From NCBI GenBank assembly GCA_964385835.1, contig CAYLQE010000004.1:24080-88079 (forward strand): a stretch of 64,000 bases of DNA, written 5' to 3'. The position numbers were made by a program, and so were the translations under genes. Shown one piece after another: positions 37,931 to 45,855 of this stretch. How positions within the stretch are numbered: position 1 is the stretch's first letter; every line of letters starts with the position of its first letter. The notes under the pieces were generated by a model that searched no databases, was not told the DNA's origin, and was given only the letters and a program-made list of their open reading frames with translations. The stretch is from an uncultured Muribaculaceae bacterium. GTDB taxonomy: Bacteria; Bacteroidota; Bacteroidia; Bacteroidales; UBA932.

Positions 37931-40873
37931 ATGGCAACAATTAGACCATCTATCTATGTCGGCCTCGGAGGCACCGGCATAAAGTCAATTTCCAAGACAA
38001 AGAAAATGTTCGAGGATGCATACGGAGAAAAGAATATCCCGTCCCAAATTGCATTTGCGGCGATTGATTTCGATCTGTCAGAGGATCAGAATCTTCCTAC
38101 ATCAATGCATGAGGACTTCCTCATGATTAAAAACACAAGCAGCCCAAGGCAGCTATATGACGTGCGCCGTAAAGCAGGACATTTTCAGTGGATGTTTCCG
38201 GGTAATTCCAAATTTGTCGGTGATCTGATAAGCGATGGCGCAAGTCAGGTGCGTACGACAGGACGATTTTATACCGAGATGATTATCAATAATATCGAAC
38301 GTCGTATTGCTGATTGCTATACCCAGGTCACGAATATCCAAGGAGATATGGATATCAGAGTGGATAAGACTCATTCGGTCGATGTCCATATTGCCATGTC
38401 TTTGGCCGGAGGTACAGGATGCGGTTCGTTCCTTAATGTTGCCAGCATGTTGCGCGACAAATATCAGGATAAGGTGAAGATAATAGGATACGGAATACTG
38501 CACGGTGTCTTCCGTACCATGGATCCGACTACGAACAAGACTCCTCGCGTTGTATCGAATGCCTATTCCGCTATTCTCGACCTCGATTATCTTATGGGGG
38601 CGTCTGTCGAGAATCCTATACCTCTGACTCTCAATGGCAAGAAAACAGAGCTGAAGCGTCCTATTTTCGATGAGTTCTTTGTCGTAGACAATGAAACGGA
38701 AAACGGGAAACGGGTCGACAACATTTCAAAACTATGCGAAGTCGTTGGTACCTGCATGTATGTAGCAGGCAGTGAAATGGGCAGCACAGTACAGAGTGGA
38801 CAGTCAAATACGCTCTGGAAGAATGGCAATTTCAATATTTCTCCGAAGTTGGGCTGGGCCCAGGGTTTGGGAGCATGTCAGGTTGTATATAAAGGAAAGC
38901 TGCTGGCGGAAATATACGGATACAAGGCAGCGATTGAACTCATCCGCAAGATGCAGAGTTGCAGTGCCGATATGCAGCAGAAAGCACAGAGCTGGACGGA
39001 ACAGGAGCAAATCCGCGAAGACGGCGATGAATATAATATGCTTATCGATGCAATATATGCGCCGGAAAAGATCACAAAGGTCAAAGGAATTGCTCTTGAC
39101 GTGAAGGATAGCCTCCCTGACATCAAGGCCGCAGTTGAGAAAGAATTCGACAAACTTCCTAATGATTTTCCGAATGAAAAGAATAATGATGCTCGTTTAA
39201 AGGATCTCAACGACCATCTGCATACAACGGTATCTGATATGCTGAAACATGAATCCGGTGTCGGCAATGCTTTAACATTCCTGCAGACCTTGAAAGTGCT
39301 TTGCGAGAAATATAAGGCGGAGATGGATGCGGAGCGAATATCGAAAGAAAAAGAGATTGCTGCTTTGGTAGATAAACTTGAGACAAAAACATTCAAGGCA
39401 TATCAGGAATACCGGGAGAAGTTTTTTACAACCAAGAATGGAAAACAGGAACATCTCGACAATATAGAGCGTGAAGTAAAAAAGATCAAGGTGCTGAAAT
39501 TGGAAAGCAAACGCCGTATGATCGCCTATAATATTTACTTTTCCGTTTTGGCGACAATAGATGCCCTTCTCATACGCGTACAGGCAATAAATGATACACT
39601 TACTGCTCTTAAGAATTCTTATTCGTTGGACTTGACATCGAAACAGAATTCCTCAGAGAACAGTCTTGTGTTCGAATACGATCTGTCATACAAGGAGCGT
39701 GTGAATATGGCATTCAATCAGAATGATGTCGTGGTTACCGCATTCACAAAAACTTGTTCTTTATATGATATAAGACTTGATGATATGAGTGATGCTATCC
39801 TCAATTATGCGAGCGGATTGGATCAGGCGAAACAATATCGTGACAAGTTGATTATCGATGTCCTTAATGAATTGTCGGATAAAGATTACGAGCGTCTGAA
39901 AAAAGAGATCAATGAAAAATCAAGCCGTCTGCTCAGGCTTAATGATCGCGGACAGATCAGCGAGAGCAATGGCAATAAGCTGCCGACTTCAATGCTTGTG
40001 CAGAATTTTCTGATTTCTATTTACAGCAAGATTGGGCCTGACGGCGAACCTGTCAAATCAAGATTGGAATCTGATACTGAATTCTTGCGGAGTGATGATG
40101 GAAAAAAAGAATACATTCATTCCGACTTTGACTCCATGAAGCAGAAGATTATATTCTACAGGGCGGATATGGCGATAATACCGTATTGCATAGACGCATT
40201 CGATGACCTTACCGTTGAAAGCGAGTATGGTGTCTTTTTACGTGATTCGATGCAAAGCGGTTCGACAGGATTCAACCCTCATTTCGATCTTCAGATATTC
40301 GAGGATATGCGTAAGAAAGATTTCAAGCTCAAACCGGAGATGCAGAATGAAGCAATGCTCTATTGGGTCTGCGGCAATCTGTTTGGCTGGAGAGAGATAA
40401 CTGAAGACATGCATATAATGGAAAAAGACCGTGACGGGGAGCCTATCCGTTGTACAGGCAAGGAAGAGGTTACACATCCTAAATATATCCGTGTCAAGAA
40501 CGGAAAATATATGTATTGGGATGAGAACGGTGCTCCGGGTAAAGACCAGAAATGGAAGCCGATAGACAATACGGCAAGAAGGGATCATGCCTATAACTAT
40601 TTCAAGACTGTGATATTCCCTGAACTTAAGACGGTTCTGACCCAAAAGATAAAATCTGAAATTGGTAGTAGAGGTGATGTCCATTATGTATCTATGGTGC
40701 AGAATATGATTGACAATGGAATCCATGATTATATAAATTGCGTTGTCTGCACCAACAAGAACTCGTCTACAATATCTGCCCAGAACGGAGGGGAGTGGAA
40801 TCAGTATCTTGAGGAATGGAACTTTATCGAAAACGATCTTATAAATCGGTTGAAAAATATTAAAACTTTATAA
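37931..40873 (+). CDS. Tubulin/FtsZ-like GTPase (Tubulin_2/FtsZl1-type) with long helical C-terminus, copy 1
   Basis: VGLGGTG, GASQVR, SLAGGTGCGS tubulin-signature loops; charged coiled-coil-like centre. Confidence 0.88.
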   Translation: MATIRPSIYVGLGGTGIKSISKTKKMFEDAYGEKNIPSQIAFAAIDFDLSEDQNLPTSMHEDFLMIKNTSSPRQLYDVRRKAGHFQWMFPGNSKFVGDLISDGASQVRTTGRFYTEMIINNIERRIADCYTQVTNIQGDMDIRVDKTHSVDVHIAMSLAGGTGCGSFLNVASMLRDKYQDKVKIIGYGILHGVFRTMDPTTNKTPRVVSNAYSAILDLDYLMGASVENPIPLTLNGKKTELKRPIFDEFFVVDNETENGKRVDNISKLCEVVGTCMYVAGSEMGSTVQSGQSNTLWKNGNFNISPKLGWAQGLGACQVVYKGKLLAEIYGYKAAIELIRKMQSCSADMQQKAQSWTEQEQIREDGDEYNMLIDAIYAPEKITKVKGIALDVKDSLPDIKAAVEKEFDKLPNDFPNEKNNDARLKDLNDHLHTTVSDMLKHESGVGNALTFLQTLKVLCEKYKAEMDAERISKEKEIAALVDKLETKTFKAYQEYREKFFTTKNGKQEHLDNIEREVKKIKVLKLESKRRMIAYNIYFSVLATIDALLIRVQAINDTLTALKNSYSLDLTSKQNSSENSLVFEYDLSYKERVNMAFNQNDVVVTAFTKTCSLYDIRLDDMSDAILNYASGLDQAKQYRDKLIIDVLNELSDKDYERLKKEINEKSSRLLRLNDRGQISESNGNKLPTSMLVQNFLISIYSKIGPDGEPVKSRLESDTEFLRSDDGKKEYIHSDFDSMKQKIIFYRADMAIIPYCIDAFDDLTVESEYGVFLRDSMQSGSTGFNPHFDLQIFEDMRKKDFKLKPEMQNEAMLYWVCGNLFGWREITEDMHIMEKDRDGEPIRCTGKEEVTHPKYIRVKNGKYMYWDENGAPGKDQKWKPIDNTARRDHAYNYFKTVIFPELKTVLTQKIKSEIGSRGDVHYVSMVQNMIDNGIHDYINCVVCTNKNSSTISAQNGGEWNQYLEEWNFIENDLINRLKNIKTL

Positions 40874-40876
40874 TCT

Positions 40877-43800
40877 ATGAACTGTTGTGCTCATATTTTT
40901 ATTGGAAAAGAGTTTGAACAGTTAATACAGGATATAGGCAGGGCCTCATATAGATACGGGGGCTCTGCCGTATCATGTATGCACTACTATCTGCTTGATT
41001 TGGAACAATCCGTACCCAAGCTACAAAAGTTGTCGATTAATTCTTCCGCACCGTCGGCCGAGTTGGACGGGTTGGACAATTATGTTGATGTCGCATGGGC
41101 CGACAATGATATAAAGAATATCAATCTGACCGAAATATACCGGTTAAATATATTCAATGACATTCTGGGCGGTGTGAACAGAGGCTCGCACAACTGTCTG
41201 TATGTGTGTATCCATTTCCCGTTCTATAAAGAACCGGCTTTCAGGCAGCTCGATGCCTTATATAAAGCCATAAAGGATGCAAGGACACCAAACAAGCTGT
41301 CTTTTATAGGCTATTGCAGCGATGTCGCGGAAATGATATCCCCTCTGGAAAAGAATGTCGAGAAACTTTCGGGTAAGAAGCAGGCATCGGCATTTGCGCG
41401 ATTCAAAGAAAAAAACAATGTATTGAATAATGAACATCTTGTGCTGTTTCAGAATTCGTTCCAGAACGGAATGCCTTTGGATCTTACCGGCAAGTCGCTG
41501 GCCGACACGCTTGCTCTGCTGTTGTCACAATATGTGAATCACTATGACGAACTGTATCCGGATACAATGACTGATTCCGACCTTGTGTCATTCGGGGTAT
41601 CCGCGTTGTCATTGGACAAATATAAGTTCATAGAATATCTGTTCTGTCAGACAATGCTGCACTCTATGAACATATCGTCCGTTATGGATGACAAGGTCAG
41701 CGTCAATGAGGTGTTTGCCAAAGTGCGTCAGATACTTCATAACAAAGAGCATGTTTTGTCGGAGTTCTTGGATAAACACAAACATGACAGCAGTGAAAGC
41801 CGGAATATTGTCGAGGCAGAAAAATTTATCAGCTACGAAGGGAATGCCATTATCGATAAATGTGAAGAGATACTTCACGAGAACAAGTCAATGCCGGTCA
41901 GGACTGCCATATTGGCGGCATTGTTGCAGACCCGGTGCGACCTTTTCCACCAGATGATATTTGATGCGGACAGTCCTGACTTGAACAGCCTTTTTGCAGA
42001 AGCTATCGATTATTTTATAGAGCACGACAAATCTCATTTTTATTGGACGGATGAGGATACGCCGCCCGTTAATCCTTTAAGTGATCTCAAAAACCTGAAT
42101 AACCGGCTTATAAATACCGAATCCCAGATACTTGAACTTCAAGAGGCTTTGGATACATGCCGGGCAGAGCTTGAAAAACAGCAATTGGCGGAAAATGTAA
42201 CGTCATTTCAGGAGGACGGATATTATCATATCGATGACCGGAGATATCGCCTGCTGCCTAATACGGAAGAAGAACCGTTGCAGGAAACGTATGTGCCTCA
42301 TGAAGTGCATGCTGAAAGCCTGGATCTGCGGGGAAATTTCCGCGGAATACATGACCAGGGAGCGCAAGGTTCATGTCTGGCCTTTGCTTTGACATCCATT
42401 TTCGAATATGTCATGCGGAGCAACAGCCGCTGCCAGGAATATGATCTTAGCGAGGCATTCTTATATTACAATGCAAGGAAACTCGATCCGGATAATTCAG
42501 AGAACACAGATTGCGGCTCGAAATTCAAACCTGCATTAGACTCTTTATGCCAGTATGGAATCGCAGTGGAATCATTGTGCAGGTATGATGAGAATGTTTA
42601 TGATAAAGAACCGTCAGCAGAGGCATACGATGATGCAAGGAAGCGTTTGCTGAGGAAAGCCGTAAATGTTTCGCACAATGTCGCAGACATTAAATCGGCT
42701 CTTGAGGACGGGTATCCTGTCGCTGCAAGTTTTACTCTTTGCCGGAGTTTCTCGGATGTGTCACAGGGATTTGTCCCTATGCCTGCTGATGATGAAATCG
42801 AAGAAGCGAGAAATAATGATTCCCACTCAGATAAACATTTATGTCATGCGATGGTTATTGTCGGTTTCGATGATAAGATAGGCTGTTTCCTCGTACGTAA
42901 TTCATGGGGTACATCATGGGGTGAGCAGGGATATTGCTATATCCCGTATTCTTATATCGAGAAGGAGTGCCTTTTCAACTTTGCATGCATTCTTACTGAA
43001 ATCGAATCTGTAGAATCGGTAATTAAGCAAGCAAAGGAAGTACCTGTTCTGCATCTGGATGATACAGATGTCAATATCCGCTATCATATTGCTCTCGCGG
43101 CTTTGCAGACCGAAAAGAATAACCTGCAGGAAATAAGACAGAAGAGAACAGCTGCCATGGTATATCTCGAACATCTCAAGCAAGTATTGTCGAACCATAG
43201 CGATTGTCAGAAATATATAGACAGAACCTGCGAGAAAACTAAAGAAGAACAGGATATTCTTAGAAAAAAGATTAAAAATGAGCAGGACGATCTTGATGAG
43301 GAGTATGATGAATTCAAGTCATTCAAGAGGAAGTTGATTTACAAGATGGCAGGGTATACTGTCGGCATCCTGCTCTCGGTACGCCTGTATAAATTTGTAG
43401 CACATAAGATTGCACATCTTCAGCACGTGGATTTATTTCGCGATTTGATAGATTATATTGAAAAAATCTGTCTGTCCATTAGGAACTATTTCGCAGATAA
43501 ACCGCTCATTTCATTACCGATTGATTTTAGTATCCATCGGATTCATTATGTTGTAATAGTGGTGATTATCGGCGTCTTGTTTTATAAGGGATGCAAGGCA
43601 TGGCGTATATGGAAGGAAAGTAAGAACGAGCATGAACGGCAGATCTCCCTTTGCAATAAAGATATTTCCGCCAAACAAAAAGAGATCGACGGTTTCCAGT
43701 TCAATACCCAGGTCGCTCAGAAGTGGGTGGTTGCATTGATTAAGTTGCAATCCGCAGTTCAGCAGCGGTATACAAATATGATATCGCGTATCAATAACTT

Positions 43801-44377
43801 GCGTTCTTGGTATACTGACTTAAGTGAGGCGGAAAGAAATATAGACTTGCAATCGGCGGTGCCTTATACAACTTTGCTGGATAAAGCTGTTCTGGATAAT
43901 TTCTTTGAAAATTCGATAAAGAACGATCCGAATTTTGAGATTGACTATTCCGAGAATCTGGACCGGCATCGTAATACAGAGGATTATCTGAACGCTTATC
44001 AGGAAAATATAAGAAACAAGATAATATCGCTGTTGGCCAATCATCCGCGCTTGCAGTCATTCAACATTACTGAACATATCGTATCGGATGCCTATAGTGA
44101 TATTGCAAGAAAAGTGGCTTCACGCGGTGACAATAGCATATCAATGGAAAATGTAAAGAGGCAGTCTGATGTATTTATGCACATCAATCCTCTGAGCACA
44201 GGTGTAATTATGCCGTCCACATACGTTATTGCCCCATACTATCAGCAACATACCAATAAAATACGCCAGAGGGTTGGTTACGGCTTTGATACTTATTTGC
44301 CGTCGGATAATGTCTACAGTTTCGTTCTGTTGCAGATAATGAGCCTTAAGTTTGACGATTGCACAATGTTTCAATAA
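40877..44377 (+). CDS. Large coiled-coil membrane protein with embedded C1 (papain-like) cysteine peptidase
   Basis: DQGAQGSCLAFA (Cys), HAMVIVGFDD (His), VRNSWGTSWGEQGY (Asn); two hydrophobic segments after the peptidase; no signal peptide. Confidence 0.88.
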   Translation: MNCCAHIFIGKEFEQLIQDIGRASYRYGGSAVSCMHYYLLDLEQSVPKLQKLSINSSAPSAELDGLDNYVDVAWADNDIKNINLTEIYRLNIFNDILGGVNRGSHNCLYVCIHFPFYKEPAFRQLDALYKAIKDARTPNKLSFIGYCSDVAEMISPLEKNVEKLSGKKQASAFARFKEKNNVLNNEHLVLFQNSFQNGMPLDLTGKSLADTLALLLSQYVNHYDELYPDTMTDSDLVSFGVSALSLDKYKFIEYLFCQTMLHSMNISSVMDDKVSVNEVFAKVRQILHNKEHVLSEFLDKHKHDSSESRNIVEAEKFISYEGNAIIDKCEEILHENKSMPVRTAILAALLQTRCDLFHQMIFDADSPDLNSLFAEAIDYFIEHDKSHFYWTDEDTPPVNPLSDLKNLNNRLINTESQILELQEALDTCRAELEKQQLAENVTSFQEDGYYHIDDRRYRLLPNTEEEPLQETYVPHEVHAESLDLRGNFRGIHDQGAQGSCLAFALTSIFEYVMRSNSRCQEYDLSEAFLYYNARKLDPDNSENTDCGSKFKPALDSLCQYGIAVESLCRYDENVYDKEPSAEAYDDARKRLLRKAVNVSHNVADIKSALEDGYPVAASFTLCRSFSDVSQGFVPMPADDEIEEARNNDSHSDKHLCHAMVIVGFDDKIGCFLVRNSWGTSWGEQGYCYIPYSYIEKECLFNFACILTEIESVESVIKQAKEVPVLHLDDTDVNIRYHIALAALQTEKNNLQEIRQKRTAAMVYLEHLKQVLSNHSDCQKYIDRTCEKTKEEQDILRKKIKNEQDDLDEEYDEFKSFKRKLIYKMAGYTVGILLSVRLYKFVAHKIAHLQHVDLFRDLIDYIEKICLSIRNYFADKPLISLPIDFSIHRIHYVVIVVIIGVLFYKGCKAWRIWKESKNEHERQISLCNKDISAKQKEIDGFQFNTQVAQKWVVALIKLQSAVQQRYTNMISRINNLRSWYTDLSEAERNIDLQSAVPYTTLLDKAVLDNFFENSIKNDPNFEIDYSENLDRHRNTEDYLNAYQENIRNKIISLLANHPRLQSFNITEHIVSDAYSDIARKVASRGDNSISMENVKRQSDVFMHINPLSTGVIMPSTYVIAPYYQQHTNKIRQRVGYGFDTYLPSDNVYSFVLLQIMSLKFDDCTMFQ

Positions 44378-44413
44378 TCTTCAAGCATTCAGGGAATTGT
44401 AAATTCTGACAGT

Positions 44414-44680
44414 ATGGAAGAGCTAATGGATCTGCAAAAAGATTGTCTTTATTTCAATGCCCGCGTACGGATTTGCTATGTTCTTCCCGATGGTGAGGAT
44501 TGGGAGATGGACTTCGTGAAATCTCTAGGAGTAAGGCTTGTTCAGACTCACAAATATGATGACTGCATACGTTGCGAGATAAATGATGACGGATGGGGTG
44601 GAATAAATGCGCTGTTTATCACCAATACCTCGGAAGTGCGGCTTCTTAGGACCGCGGTTTTATTTGATACGTATTATTAA
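44414..44680 (+). CDS. Small hypothetical protein
   Basis: Co-oriented 88-aa ORF filling the gap; no family recognised. Confidence 0.55.
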   Translation: MEELMDLQKDCLYFNARVRICYVLPDGEDWEMDFVKSLGVRLVQTHKYDDCIRCEINDDGWGGINALFITNTSEVRLLRTAVLFDTYY

Positions 44681-44703
44681 AATTAAATTAATGAACAGAA
44701 GGA

Positions 44704-45651
44704 ATGCTAAATATAGTTACATATATTAGAACCAGGATAAAAGTGTTATACGATAAGTATGATACAAAGGAAATGCAATTCATATCCACATTGTTCTCAG
44801 TCCTTTCAACCGTGGTAATGACTTACCTGACGGTTATGATGTCTATTGCTAATGACAGGATGGCGGAAGCCAATGATAGGATGGCAGATTCTAATGATAT
44901 GATGAGCATAAGTGAAAATCAGGCGTTTGTTCTTGCCCGTTATCAACACACATTCGCTTTGTGCCAGCGTTTCGGTGAAACGTATGAGGATGTTGAAAAT
45001 ATTGAACGCTACGAATATAAGATATGGGAAGAAAACGATCCTGAATACGAGTTCAACCCGAATAATAAGAATTTCCAGGACTACAGGCAGATAAAAGAAA
45101 GATGGGCGGTAACGGATTCTACCGGTATGGAGGCGATTCAGAATGAGCGCTTGCAATATCTTAGAAACAACAGTTTTTTCCAGCAGGTCCTTCAATACTT
45201 TGAGGAAGCGAAAATTTTGCATAAGAAAAAATTGTTGGATGTAGATGCATTCGAGAATGATTTGATGGGCGTAATGTACCGTCTGCACAGAACGCAATAT
45301 CCATCAATAGATGAATATATACAATACATCCGTTCTTGTTCCAGCAGGATCAACAAGAGTGAAATATGGGACGGATACTATTATTGTGCACAGAATATAA
45401 TGAGCCAGTATTACCATTTGCCGCAGTCAGGTACGATTGTTAAAATGTTCGTTACAGAGGGAGATAAAGTTAAGGTAGGCGATAAACTATTGTCTTATAA
45501 ATTGTCTGGTTCAGATAAAGAGGAAATCCTGACTGCCGGACAGAATGGCGAAATCATGGCATTGTATGTTTCACCTGGCGAAGAATGTGATATAAAGACA
45601 TTTCTTTTGCGTATCAGCCAAAGAGACTACTTCACTGAAGCCGGCAAATAG
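44704..45651 (+). CDS. Membrane-anchored protein with C-terminal biotin/lipoyl-attachment-like domain
   Basis: N-terminal TM, ANDRMA repeat, C-terminal SGTIVKMFVTEGDKVKVGD..GEIMALYVSPGE. Confidence 0.65.
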   Translation: MLNIVTYIRTRIKVLYDKYDTKEMQFISTLFSVLSTVVMTYLTVMMSIANDRMAEANDRMADSNDMMSISENQAFVLARYQHTFALCQRFGETYEDVENIERYEYKIWEENDPEYEFNPNNKNFQDYRQIKERWAVTDSTGMEAIQNERLQYLRNNSFFQQVLQYFEEAKILHKKKLLDVDAFENDLMGVMYRLHRTQYPSIDEYIQYIRSCSSRINKSEIWDGYYYCAQNIMSQYYHLPQSGTIVKMFVTEGDKVKVGDKLLSYKLSGSDKEEILTAGQNGEIMALYVSPGEECDIKTFLLRISQRDYFTEAGK

Positions 45652-45855
45652 ATTACTTTATTATAAATTTTAAAAATCTTGTGTCTAATTTTTAGATCTG
45701 GTACATACGAGTACTATCTGCTCAAGCAACCATCTAAGACAGACGGGAATAGTCCCTCTTGTACAACACGTACATAGTGACGAATATCAATGTACGTATG
45801 GTGCGGAATGCACCCCCCCGAAAAATCAATAAAAAACAACTTAAAACAATAACTT

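Noticed and set aside
37931-40873. Cell-division FtsZ
   Set aside because: Far too long, duplicated, outside a dcw cluster and similar only at the nucleotide-binding loops
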